Positions 31,781 through 40,598 of a stretch of DNA of 64,000 nucleotides are shown here, piece after piece. This DNA comes from an uncultured cyanobacterium (GTDB lineage Bacteria > Cyanobacteriota > Cyanobacteriia > PCC-6307 > Cyanobiaceae). The translations under genes were made by a program, and so were the position numbers. Every line of letters starts with the position of its first letter. The stretch's first letter is position 1. Where the stretch lies: positions 20,413 to 84,412 of the forward strand of contig CAVONQ010000009.1 of the NCBI GenBank assembly GCA_963697335.1, read 5' to 3'. The notes below the pieces were generated by a model. It ran no database searches, had not been told where the DNA came from, and was given only the letters and a program-made list of their open reading frames with translations.

Positions 31781-32860
31781 ATGACGACAACCTCCCTGTC
31801 TCCCTCCCGCATCCCCCTCTGGGAAGCGTTCAAGAACTGGGTCACCAGCACCGACAACCGCCTCTACGTGGGTTGGTTCGGCGTGCTGATGATCCCCACC
31901 CTGCTGGTGGCCACCTGCTGCTTTGTGATCGCCTTCATCGGTTCTCCCCCCGTCGACATCGACGGCGTCCGGGAGCCCGTCTCAGGCGGCCTGCTCTACG
32001 GCAACAACATCATCACGGCGGCGGTGGTGCCGAGTTCCAACGCCATCGGTCTGCACCTCTATCCGATCTGGGCCGCCAAAAGCCTCGATGAGTGGCTCTA
32101 CAACGGTGGGCCCTATCAACTGATCATCTTCCACTTCCTGATCGGCATCTTCTGCTGGATGGGCCGTGAGTGGGAACTCAGCTATCGCCTCGGCATGCGC
32201 CCCTGGATCGCCGTGGCCTATTCCGCTCCCGTGGCCGCTGCCACCGCCGTGCTGCTGGTGTACTCCATCGGCCAGGGTTCCTTCTCCGACGGCATGCCCC
32301 TGGGCATCTCCGGCACCTTCAACTTCATGCTGGTGCTCCAGGCCGAGCACAACGTGCTCATGCACCCCTTCCACATGCTCGGCGTGGCCGGTGTGTTCGG
32401 CGGTGCCCTGTTCTCGGCCATGCACGGCTCCCTCGTCACCAGCTCCCTGGTGCGCGAAACCACGGAAACCGAGTCCCAGAACCGGGGTTACAAGTTTGGC
32501 CAGGAGGAGGAGACCTACAACATCGTGGCGGCCCACGGTTACTTCGGCCGACTGATCTTTCAGTACGCCAGCTTCAACAACAGCCGCAGCCTGCACTTCT
32601 TCCTGGCCGCCTGGCCCGTGGTGGGCATCTGGTTTGCGGCCCTGGCAGTGGCCAGCTTCTCCTTCAACCTCAACGGCCTCAACTTCAACCACTCCGTGCT
32701 CGATTCCCAGGGCCGGGTGGTGGACACCTGGGCTGACGTGCTCAACCGCGCCGGCCTTGGCATCGAGGCGATGCACGAGCGCAACGTGCACAACTTCCCC
32801 CTCGATCTGGCGGCGGTTGATCGGGCCTCAGTGGCGCTCACGGCGCCAGCTCTCGGCTGA
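31781..32860 (+). CDS. psbA: Photosystem II D1 protein, low-oxygen D1' (group 3) form
   Basis: Full D1 with Y161, D170, E189, H190, H332, E333, H337, D342, A344 intact; D1' substitutions G80A, F158L, T286A, plus P162S, F186L, A336V and E130. Confidence 0.93.
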   Translation: MTTTSLSPSRIPLWEAFKNWVTSTDNRLYVGWFGVLMIPTLLVATCCFVIAFIGSPPVDIDGVREPVSGGLLYGNNIITAAVVPSSNAIGLHLYPIWAAKSLDEWLYNGGPYQLIIFHFLIGIFCWMGREWELSYRLGMRPWIAVAYSAPVAAATAVLLVYSIGQGSFSDGMPLGISGTFNFMLVLQAEHNVLMHPFHMLGVAGVFGGALFSAMHGSLVTSSLVRETTETESQNRGYKFGQEEETYNIVAAHGYFGRLIFQYASFNNSRSLHFFLAAWPVVGIWFAALAVASFSFNLNGLNFNHSVLDSQGRVVDTWADVLNRAGLGIEAMHERNVHNFPLDLAAVDRASVALTAPALG

Positions 32861-32916
32861 TCCTGTCGCGCCCAGGTGGCGCCTTCCCGTTCATCGTTCC
32901 CCTGCCTGGCTCTGCC

Positions 32917-33561
32917 ATGGATCTTCTCTTCCCCACCCTGCGGCGCATGCTGCCTCTGATGGCTCTGGCGGCCGCCTTCGCCCTGCTGGCCAGCCTGCTG
33001 CTGAGCCTCTGCCCGGCGCCCGCCCTCGCCCTGGAGGCGCCCGCCAACCCGGCCGGTCTCCCCCGGGCCGTCGAGGCGATGGAGCAACTGGATGAGCTGC
33101 GCACGCAGCTGGCCTCCAGCCTCGAGGGCAGCAGCGAGGAGCCCAGCATGGACACGATGCGGGAGGTCTGCCGGCCCGTGGGCCTGCGGGCCATGGCCAT
33201 CGGCAAGGAGAACGGCTGGACCGTGCGCCAGGTGGCCAGCAAGTACCGCAACCCCGACCATGCCCCCGCCGGCAGCCAGGAAACCGAGGTGATCGATCTG
33301 CTGGCGAGGCACCCCGAGATCACCGGCCTGTGGGAGCCGGCCGCGGCCGGCCAGGCCGCCGGTGTGAACTATTACCGCCGCATTGATGTGCAGCCCAGCT
33401 GCCTGGCCTGTCATGGCACCAAGGACAGCCGCCCCGGATTTGTGAAAAACAACTACCCCGCCGACAGGGCCTTCAACTTCAAGCCCGGCGATCTGCGCGG
33501 CATGTATGCCGTGTTCATTCCTGAGGTGCAGGAGGTGCTCAGGGCCTCTGAAGGAGGTTGA
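32917..33561 (+). CDS. Tll0287-like (DUF3365) exported c-type heme protein
   Basis: Signal peptide; REVCRPVG candidate axial Cys; KYRNPDHAP; SCLACHG CxxCH; FKPGDLRGMYAVFIP. Confidence 0.82.
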   Translation: MDLLFPTLRRMLPLMALAAAFALLASLLLSLCPAPALALEAPANPAGLPRAVEAMEQLDELRTQLASSLEGSSEEPSMDTMREVCRPVGLRAMAIGKENGWTVRQVASKYRNPDHAPAGSQETEVIDLLARHPEITGLWEPAAAGQAAGVNYYRRIDVQPSCLACHGTKDSRPGFVKNNYPADRAFNFKPGDLRGMYAVFIPEVQEVLRASEGG

Positions 33562-33563
33562 GC

Positions 33564-34835
33564 ATGCATTGCCAGGTGCTGATCGCCGGGGGCGGAACCG
33601 GGGGGATCACCGTGGCCAGCTGGTTGCGACGGCTGGCGCCGGAGCTGGAGGTCACGGTGGTGGAGCCCTCCTCCGTTCACGACTACCAGTCGGGCTGGGT
33701 GCTGGTGGCCGGCGGTTTCATCTCTGCGGCTGAAACCGAGCGCAGTGAGGCCTCGGTGATGCCCGAGGGGGTGCGCTGGATCTCCAGCAAGGTGGTGGCC
33801 TTCGATCCCGATCACCATGCCATCGAGCTGACCGATGGCCAGCGCCTCACCTACGGGGTGCTGGTGGTGGCGCTGGGCATCGACCTGCTCTGGAGCGCCG
33901 TGGACGGCTTGCCGGCAGCGCTGGGTGGCCATGGGGTCTGCAGCATCTACAGCCGCCGTTTTGCGGTGTACACCCGCGACTGCCTGCGCCGCTTCCAGGG
34001 CGGTACGGCCCTGTTCACCGAGCCCGCCACGGCGATCAAATGCGGTGGGGCACCCCAGAAGATCATGCACATTGCCGACCAGCAGTTCAAGCGGCGCAGT
34101 GGCGTGGGCGTGAATTCCAGGCTGATCTTCTGCACCGCCAAGAGCAGCCTGTTCCCCGTGCCGGCCTTCAACACCGCCATGGAGGCGATCGCGGCAGCCC
34201 ATGGCAGCGAGGTGCGCTACCGCCACAACCTGGTGGCCGTCAACGGCCCGGAGCGCCGGGCCGTGTTCCGGGTCCAGGAGCAGGAGGGCGGCGAGGGCCA
34301 CGAGCTGGAGCTCGGGTTCGATCTTCTGCATGTGGTGCCGCCGATGGCCGCGCCCCGGGTGGTGGCGGATAGCCCCCTCGCCATCAATGCCACGGAGGGC
34401 TGGGTGGAGGTGGATCCCCACAGCGGCCAGCATCCGCGCTACCCCGATGTGTTCGCCGTCGGTGATGTGGGCTCGTATCCCACCGCCAAGACAGGGGCGG
34501 GGGTGCGCATGCAAGCCCCGGTGGTGGCCGCCAATGTGCAGGCGGTGCTGCAGGGGGGCAGCGTGCAGCCGGGCTACGACGGCTACAGCGCCTGCCCGCT
34601 CATCACCACAGACCACAGCGTGATGATGGTGGAGTTCGACTACACCAACAAGCCCGTGAGCAGCTTCCTGGTGAATCCGGTGAAGGAGCGCTGGTTCGCC
34701 TGGTTGCTGGAGCGTTGGGGTTTTCCCTGGATCTACTGGAACCGCATGCTCAAGGCGCAGCCCCACGAGGGCGCCTACCTGAAGCCGTTCACGGGGCTGG
34801 CCCGGCGGCTGGGCCTGATGCGCTGGCAGAGCTGA
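33564..34835 (+). CDS. sqr: Sulfide:quinone oxidoreductase, type II-like (copy 2)
   Basis: GGGTGG; HDYQSGWVLV; KCGGAPQK and YDGYSACPL; KTGAGVR; AAGGAGG RBS inside the upstream gene end. Confidence 0.87.
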   Translation: MHCQVLIAGGGTGGITVASWLRRLAPELEVTVVEPSSVHDYQSGWVLVAGGFISAAETERSEASVMPEGVRWISSKVVAFDPDHHAIELTDGQRLTYGVLVVALGIDLLWSAVDGLPAALGGHGVCSIYSRRFAVYTRDCLRRFQGGTALFTEPATAIKCGGAPQKIMHIADQQFKRRSGVGVNSRLIFCTAKSSLFPVPAFNTAMEAIAAAHGSEVRYRHNLVAVNGPERRAVFRVQEQEGGEGHELELGFDLLHVVPPMAAPRVVADSPLAINATEGWVEVDPHSGQHPRYPDVFAVGDVGSYPTAKTGAGVRMQAPVVAANVQAVLQGGSVQPGYDGYSACPLITTDHSVMMVEFDYTNKPVSSFLVNPVKERWFAWLLERWGFPWIYWNRMLKAQPHEGAYLKPFTGLARRLGLMRWQS

Positions 34836-34865
34836 ATCCAGCCAATCAATCGATCGGCTCGGGAA

Positions 34866-35639
34866 TCAGAGGATCTGCTCGAGGAAACGGCGGCTGCGTT
34901 CGTGGCTCGGGTTCGAGAAGAACCGCTGCGGCGGCGCCTCCTCCACCACCTCGCCCCCGTCCATCAGCACCACGCGGTGGGCCACCTGCTGGGCAAAGCG
35001 CACCTCGTGGGTCACCACCACCATGGTCATGCCCTCGGCGGCCAGGCCCTGCATCACCTCCAGCACCTCGCGCACCATCTCGGGGTCAAGGGCGCTGGTG
35101 GGCTCATCGAAGAGCATCAGCTGGGGGTCCATGCACAGCGAGCGGGCGATGGCCACCCGCTGCTGCTGGCCGCCGGAGAGCTGGCCCGGGTATTTGTCCG
35201 CCTGCTCGGCGATCCCCACCCGCTCCAGCAGCTGGAGGGCCCGTCGCTTCGCCTCGGTGCGGCTGCGGCGGCGCACCAGCACCGGCGCCAGGGTGAGGTT
35301 CTCCAGCACCGTGAGGTGGGGGAAGAGGTTGAACTGCTGAAACACCATGCCCACCTCGCGGCGGATGGCGTCGATGTCGCGCAGGTCGGCGGAGAGGGGC
35401 CGGCCATCGATGTGAATGCTGCCCTGCTGAAAGTCCTCCAGGGCGTTGAAGGTGCGGATGAAGGTGCTCTTGCCGGAGCCCGAGGGCCCCATGATCACCA
35501 CCACCTCGCCGCGCTTCACCGTGAGGCTGGCACCCCTGAGGGCCTGAAAGCCGTTGGGGTACCACTTGTGCACGGCCTCGGCCCGCAGGATCGGGGCCTG
35601 GCTTTGGTTCTGGGGGGTGGTGGGGGCGCTGGAGTCCAT
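34866..35639 (-). CDS. Polar amino acid ABC transporter ATP-binding protein (AapP-like)
   Basis: GPSGSGKS, LSGGQQQR and FDEPTSALD motifs. Confidence 0.92.
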   Translation of the reverse strand: MDSSAPTTPQNQSQAPILRAEAVHKWYPNGFQALRGASLTVKRGEVVVIMGPSGSGKSTFIRTFNALEDFQQGSIHIDGRPLSADLRDIDAIRREVGMVFQQFNLFPHLTVLENLTLAPVLVRRRSRTEAKRRALQLLERVGIAEQADKYPGQLSGGQQQRVAIARSLCMDPQLMLFDEPTSALDPEMVREVLEVMQGLAAEGMTMVVVTHEVRFAQQVAHRVVLMDGGEVVEEAPPQRFFSNPSHERSRRFLEQIL

Positions 35640-35672
35640 CGGGATCAGAACGGGCGGGGTTGGAGCGGTGTC

Positions 35673-36926
35673 TCAGCCACTGGGGCTGTGGCGGGGATCG
35701 AGGCGGTGTTCCAGGGCGCGGCTTCCCAGGCCCAGGGCGGTGCAGCAACCCCAGAACAACACCGCCAGGGTGAGGTACACCTCGCCGTAGTGGCCCAGGA
35801 AGGCGGGGTTGGCCATCACGGCGCGGGCGGTGCCAAGCAGCTCCAGCAGGCCGATCAGCGACAGCAGCGTGGTGTCCTGCAGCAGTGAGATGAACTGGCT
35901 CACCATCACCGGCAGGGCCACCCGCAGGGCCTGGGGCAGCACCACGTGCTGCAGGGCCTGCAGCGGCCCGAGGCCGAGGGAGCGCGCCGCCTCCAGCTGG
36001 CCGGCGGGCACGGCGCTGAGGCCGGCCCGCACCGCCTCGGCCAGGTAGGCCGCCGCAAAGAAGGTGAGCACCCAGGCTGCCCGCCACACCCGCTCTGGAG
36101 CCAGGCCCCCCGGCAGCAGAAAGCCGAGGATGTTCTGGCCGAGGAACAGCAGGGTGATCAGCGGCGCCCCGCGGATGAACTCGATGTACAGCACCGAGCC
36201 CCAGCGCAGCAGCGGTAGCGGGCTGCGGCGGCCCAGGGCCAACAGCACCCCCAGGGGAAAGCAGAGCAGGATGGCGAAGCTGGCCTCCAGCAGGGTGAGC
36301 AGCAGGCCTCCCCACTCGGCACTGGAGACGGGCGCCAGCCCGAAGCCTCCACTGATCAGCACCATGCCCAGCAGGTAGAGCCCAGGCCAGAGCAGGGCCA
36401 GCCCCCGCAGCGCCCGCGACCCCAACTCAGGGCCCAGCCGCCCGGCCCAGCGGCCGGTGAGCCAGCGCAGCCCCACCAGCAGGACGGCCAGGGCGGCCCA
36501 GCGGCCGGCGATGGCGGGGCTGAGCTGCAGGGCCCAGGGCGTCCACAGGGCCAGCCCGGCGATCAGGCCACAGGCCCAGCGATCGGAGTTGGGCCAGGGG
36601 TTGCCGCGGCGGTCGGGCCGAGGCTGGCTGCGCAGCAGGCCCCAGCTCAGGCCACTGGCGGCACAGAGCAGGGCGAGCAGCAGCCACAGGCGCCACTGCT
36701 GTTGCAGCGGATAGCGCCCCACCGCGAACAGGGTGCTGTTCAGCTGAATCACCGCCCAGTTGGCGGAGCCCAGGGCCCAGCGCAGCAGGGCGATCAGGGC
36801 GCTGCCGATCAGGGCGATCAGGGCGACACTGAGCACGGTGTCGCCGCGGCTGGCGAACAGCTCCCGCTTCAGGGCGGCCAGCGGGCCAGGCCGGCCCGAG
36901 GACCTGGGGTTGGGGGAGGGCACCAT
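35673..36926 (-). CDS. Amino acid ABC transporter permease (AapM/NatH-like)
   Basis: YIEFIRGAPLI; AEAVRAG...EAARSLG EAA loop. Confidence 0.9.
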   Translation of the reverse strand: MVPSPNPRSSGRPGPLAALKRELFASRGDTVLSVALIALIGSALIALLRWALGSANWAVIQLNSTLFAVGRYPLQQQWRLWLLLALLCAASGLSWGLLRSQPRPDRRGNPWPNSDRWACGLIAGLALWTPWALQLSPAIAGRWAALAVLLVGLRWLTGRWAGRLGPELGSRALRGLALLWPGLYLLGMVLISGGFGLAPVSSAEWGGLLLTLLEASFAILLCFPLGVLLALGRRSPLPLLRWGSVLYIEFIRGAPLITLLFLGQNILGFLLPGGLAPERVWRAAWVLTFFAAAYLAEAVRAGLSAVPAGQLEAARSLGLGPLQALQHVVLPQALRVALPVMVSQFISLLQDTTLLSLIGLLELLGTARAVMANPAFLGHYGEVYLTLAVLFWGCCTALGLGSRALEHRLDPRHSPSG

Positions 36927-36927
36927 C

Positions 36928-37986
36928 TCAGCGCTCCCGGATCTGCACGAGCTGGTTGAGGCCGTTCATCAGGGCGGAGATCAGCAGATCGAGCACCAGG
37001 TAGGAGGCCAGCAGCAGGATCACCACCTCCACGGCGCGGCCGGTCTGGTTGAGGGTGGTCTCAGCCACCGCATAGAGGTCGGGATAGCCCACGGCCACCG
37101 CCAGGGAGGAGTTCTTGGCCAGGGAGATGTACTGGGTGTTGAGGCCGGGCACGATCACCCGCAGGGCCTGGGGCAGCACCACATGGCGCAGGGTGGAGAA
37201 CCAGCCCAGCCCCAGGGAGGCCGCCGCTTCCCACTGCCCCTGGGTCACCGCGGCGATGCCGCCCCGCACCACCTCGGCGATGTAGGCGCCGGAATACACC
37301 ACCAGGCCGCAGAGCAGGGCGCCGAACTCCACGCTCAGCCGCAGCGGCGCCTGCCAGACGCCGTTCACCAGGCTGGGCCCGACCCAGCTCCAGCCGTTCG
37401 CGAAGCCGGCCAGGTAAAGCCCGGATTTGGCCAGGGTGAGGCCCGGCAGCTGGATGGCGGCGGCGCCGTTGGGCAGGGAGAGGAACACCACGAAATACCA
37501 GAACACCAGCTGCACCAGCAGGGGGATGTTGCGCACCAGCTCCACATAGGCCCGCACCAGGCGGCGCAGCAGACCGTTGCTGCTGAAGTTGGCCATGCCT
37601 GCCGCCGTGCCCAGCAGGGTGGCCCCCACCAGGGCCGACAGCACGGCCCGCAGGGTGTTGGCGAGCCCCGCCAGCAGCGCCCGCCAGTAGGGCATGGTGG
37701 CGTCGAAGGGGATGGTGGTTTCGCCGATGGGGAAGCCGGCGGGCTGGCCCAGCCAGCGCCAGGTGAGCAGCAGGCCGGCGGCGGTGAGGTTGCGGATCAG
37801 GTTGCCGAGCAGGAACACCGCCACCAGCAGCACCGCCAGCCCGACGGCCGCCTGCACCAGCCAGGGCAGCAGACGGCGGTTGCGCCACCAGGGCACCGGG
37901 GGATCCGCTGAACCGATCACTGAGCTGGTTTGGGGCGCGATCGGGGCCCCAGGCCTGGAGCGGTCGGGGCGGGGAGGCCGCGCCAT
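36928..37986 (-). CDS. Amino acid ABC transporter permease (AapQ/NatG-like)
   Basis: RNIPLLVQL; AEVVRGG...EAAASLG; KNSSL. Confidence 0.9.
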   Translation of the reverse strand: MARPPRPDRSRPGAPIAPQTSSVIGSADPPVPWWRNRRLLPWLVQAAVGLAVLLVAVFLLGNLIRNLTAAGLLLTWRWLGQPAGFPIGETTIPFDATMPYWRALLAGLANTLRAVLSALVGATLLGTAAGMANFSSNGLLRRLVRAYVELVRNIPLLVQLVFWYFVVFLSLPNGAAAIQLPGLTLAKSGLYLAGFANGWSWVGPSLVNGVWQAPLRLSVEFGALLCGLVVYSGAYIAEVVRGGIAAVTQGQWEAAASLGLGWFSTLRHVVLPQALRVIVPGLNTQYISLAKNSSLAVAVGYPDLYAVAETTLNQTGRAVEVVILLLASYLVLDLLISALMNGLNQLVQIRER

Positions 37987-39071
37987 CAACGGAAGGGCTG
38001 GGCGTACAGCATGCCGCCCTCGTTCCAGAGCTTGTTGAGGCCCCGCTCCAGCTTGAGGCGCGAGTTGGTGCCCACGTTGCGCTCGAAGATCTCGCCGTAG
38101 TTGCCCACGGCAGCGATCGCCTGCACGGTGAAGTCGGCGGGCAGCCCCAGCTGGCGGCCGAAGTCGCCCTCCACCCCGAAGAAGCGGCGCAGATCGGCCA
38201 GGTTGGAGTTGGCCTTGGCCTCGGCCAGCTTGGCCTCGAGATTGGCCTGGGTGATGCCCCACTCCTCCGCCTGGATCAGGGCGAAGACCACCCAGCGCAG
38301 GGCATCGGCCCAGGCTGGATCGGCATTGGTGCTGGCCGGGGAGAGGGGCTCCTTGCTGAGCACGTCGGGCAGCAGCTGGTGCTGATCGGGAGCCGGGAAG
38401 CTGCTGCGCTTGCCGGCCAGCTGGGAGCGGTCGCTGGTGACGGCCACGCAACGGCCGCCCAGGTAGGCGGCGTAGGTCTGGTCGCTGGTCTGGAACTTCA
38501 GCGGGGTGTAGGCCACGTTGATCTCCCGCATCCGGTCGGCCAGGTTGAGCTCGGTGGTGGTGCCGCTCTCCACGCAGATCGGTTGGCCGGCCAGATCCCG
38601 CAGGCTGCTGATGCCGCGGCTGACGGGCGCCATCACCCCCTGGCCGTCATAGAAGGTGGTGGGCGCGAAGCTGAGGCCGTTGCCGCCGGCGGCGTCACGG
38701 CTGAGGGTGGCGGTGGTGTTGCGGGCGAGCATGTCCACCTCGCCGCTGGCCAGGGCCGCGAAGCGCTCACTGGAGTTGAGGTTGCGGTATTCCACCTTGC
38801 CGGGATCGCCGAGCACGGCGGCGGCCACGGCCTTGCAGGTGTCCACATCGAGGCCGGAATAGGTGCCGTCGGCCTCCACAAAACTGAAGCCCGGCAGGGT
38901 GCCCTCCACGCCGCAGACGAGCTTGTCGCGGCCGGTGATGGCGGCGATCTTGGGGCTCTGGCTGCCGGCTCCGCCCTCCGGGGCGCAGGCCGCCAGCGGC
39001 AGCACCGCGAGCAGGGCGATCAAGGCCGTGGGGACAGCCGCGGCAGAACGGGAGGGCAAGGCTCGGGGCAT
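37986..39071 (-). CDS. Amino acid ABC transporter substrate-binding lipoprotein (AapJ/NatF-like)
   Basis: LAAC lipobox; LPGFS; SKEPL; VGNYGEIFERN. Confidence 0.9.
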   Translation of the reverse strand: MPRALPSRSAAAVPTALIALLAVLPLAACAPEGGAGSQSPKIAAITGRDKLVCGVEGTLPGFSFVEADGTYSGLDVDTCKAVAAAVLGDPGKVEYRNLNSSERFAALASGEVDMLARNTTATLSRDAAGGNGLSFAPTTFYDGQGVMAPVSRGISSLRDLAGQPICVESGTTTELNLADRMREINVAYTPLKFQTSDQTYAAYLGGRCVAVTSDRSQLAGKRSSFPAPDQHQLLPDVLSKEPLSPASTNADPAWADALRWVVFALIQAEEWGITQANLEAKLAEAKANSNLADLRRFFGVEGDFGRQLGLPADFTVQAIAAVGNYGEIFERNVGTNSRLKLERGLNKLWNEGGMLYAQPFR

Positions 39072-39168
39072 GGGGATCGGGGCCCCCGGGGGCCAGAGGT
39101 GGCGGGATCCTGTCATGCCCAGCTGCCCTGTGGTGTCGCAATGCACGCGGCAGGGCCAGGTCTTGGGT

Positions 39169-39507
39169 TCAGACGGCCTTGAGCTGCTGGAGCTGGGCCT
39201 CAAGCCGTTGCTTGAGGCGTTTCTGCACCAGGTCGCAGAGGTCGTCCACCAGATCGCTGTCGGCGTGCCAGATCGTGCGCACGCCATCGCGTTCACAGCG
39301 CACCAGGGTGGCGCGCTGCAATTGTCCAAGCTGCCGACTGATGTGGGACTGGGAGAAGCCGGTGGCCTCGATCAGGGAGGCCACATCCATCGGCCCCTGC
39401 TTGAGCTGACAGAGGAGCTGCAGCCGCGCCGGTTCGCTCAGGATCCGGAAGAACTGGCTGAACTCTTCAAGCAACTGGGGGGAGGGCGGCTGGCCCGGAC
39501 AAGACAT
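39169..39507 (-). CDS. ArsR/SmtB repressor, BigR/SqrR-like
   Basis: FRILSEPARLQLLCQL, HTH SQSHISRQL and C-terminal DLCDL; Cys pair in helix 2 and helix 5. Confidence 0.8.
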   Translation of the reverse strand: MSCPGQPPSPQLLEEFSQFFRILSEPARLQLLCQLKQGPMDVASLIEATGFSQSHISRQLGQLQRATLVRCERDGVRTIWHADSDLVDDLCDLVQKRLKQRLEAQLQQLKAV

Positions 39508-39567
39508 GGGTCTCTGATTACATGTTGAGGCAATTATGCAGTCCACATCAGGCGGGCGCCTTGCCCT

Positions 39568-39596
39568 TTGCCCCTCTATGCGGGTATCGTCATAAT
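39568..39596 (+). promoter_or_regulatory. Sigma70-type promoter with overlapping operator for rhodanese-tauE
   Basis: TTGCCC-N17-CATAAT; contains inverted repeat TATG-N10-CATA (CTATGCGGGTATCGTCATAA). Confidence 0.55.
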
Positions 39597-39615
39597 AGTT
39601 AGTAGGGCTCCTCCC

Positions 39616-39774
39616 GTGGCTACCACTAGTGCCGATTCGCTCGCCTCGGGGGCCGTCACCGTGATCGACGTGCGCGAGTCCGCGGGGCTTGTGCACCACA
39701 ACGGTCAACACAGTGGCCCCGCCCTGGAACAGCTGCTGCTGGCGCTGATGCCCTGGAACCGGGTGAGCCTGTGA
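39616..39774 (+). pseudogene. Internally deleted rhodanese-DUF2892 (YgaP-like) gene
   Basis: N-terminal LASGAVTVIDVRE joined about 16 codons later to C-terminal LLALMPWNRV; no catalytic Cys loop; stop overlaps tauE start. Confidence 0.65.
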
Positions 39775-40598
39775 CGGTTGCCGCCGTTGAGATGGTCACG
39801 GTTTCCACGCTGCTGCTGCTGGCCGGCGGAGCCCTGATCGGTCTGCTGCTGGCCGTGCTGGGGGCAGGCGGCTCAATCCTGCTGCTGCCCCTGCTGGTGA
39901 GCGGCGCGGCTCTGCCCACCCGCGAGGCGGTGCCGCTGTCGCTGCTGGTGGTGGCCCTGCTCGCCATGGCCAACGTGGGGCCCTACCTGCGCCGGGGCCA
40001 GCTGGCTCCCCGCCCAGCCCTGCTGCTGGGCGTGCCAGCCCTGGCGGGCAGCTGGATCGGCGGCAGCCTGGTGAAGGCGGGCCTGATTCCAGAAGTGCTG
40101 CAGCTGGGGCTGTTCAGCGTTGCCGCCGTGGCCGCCTCCTGGCTGCTGCTGCGCCGGGGTGCCCAGGCTGCCGGCCGCCCCCCCGGCGCCAGACCGGTTG
40201 CTGTGAGGGCCCTGGCCGCCCAGGGTCTGGGGGTGGGCCTGCTCACCGGCATTGCCGGGGTGGGCGGTGGCTTTGCGATCGTGCCGGCTCTGGTGCTGCT
40301 GGCGGGGCTGCCGATGGCGGTGGCCAGTGGCACCAGCTTGGTGCTGATCGCCGCCAATGCCGCGGTGGCCCTGGTGGCTCTGGGCCACTGGCCCCAGGCG
40401 ACGCTGCCGCTGTTGGTGCCGTTGCTGCTGGGGGGAGCTGCCGGAGGGCTGCTGGGACAGCGGCTGGCGCCCCACCTGCCGGAGCGGCGGCTGCGCCAGG
40501 GCTTTGCGCTGCTGTTGATCGGCTCGGCCCTGCTCACCGGGGGCGAGGCCTGGCAGCGGCAGCAGGTGCCGCCGACAGCGGCTGAGCGGGCTCAGTAG
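39771..40598 (+). CDS. Sulfite exporter TauE/SafE (TSUP) family
   Basis: LGAGGSILLLPLL; GVGGGFAIVPALV; ASGTSL; about 8 TM helices. Confidence 0.87.
   Translation: MTVAAVEMVTVSTLLLLAGGALIGLLLAVLGAGGSILLLPLLVSGAALPTREAVPLSLLVVALLAMANVGPYLRRGQLAPRPALLLGVPALAGSWIGGSLVKAGLIPEVLQLGLFSVAAVAASWLLLRRGAQAAGRPPGARPVAVRALAAQGLGVGLLTGIAGVGGGFAIVPALVLLAGLPMAVASGTSLVLIAANAAVALVALGHWPQATLPLLVPLLLGGAAGGLLGQRLAPHLPERRLRQGFALLLIGSALLTGGEAWQRQQVPPTAAERAQ

Noticed and set aside
31781..32860. Rogue D1 or chlorophyll f synthase
   Set aside because: All Mn-cluster ligands and the LDLA processing site are present; no far-red gene cluster nearby
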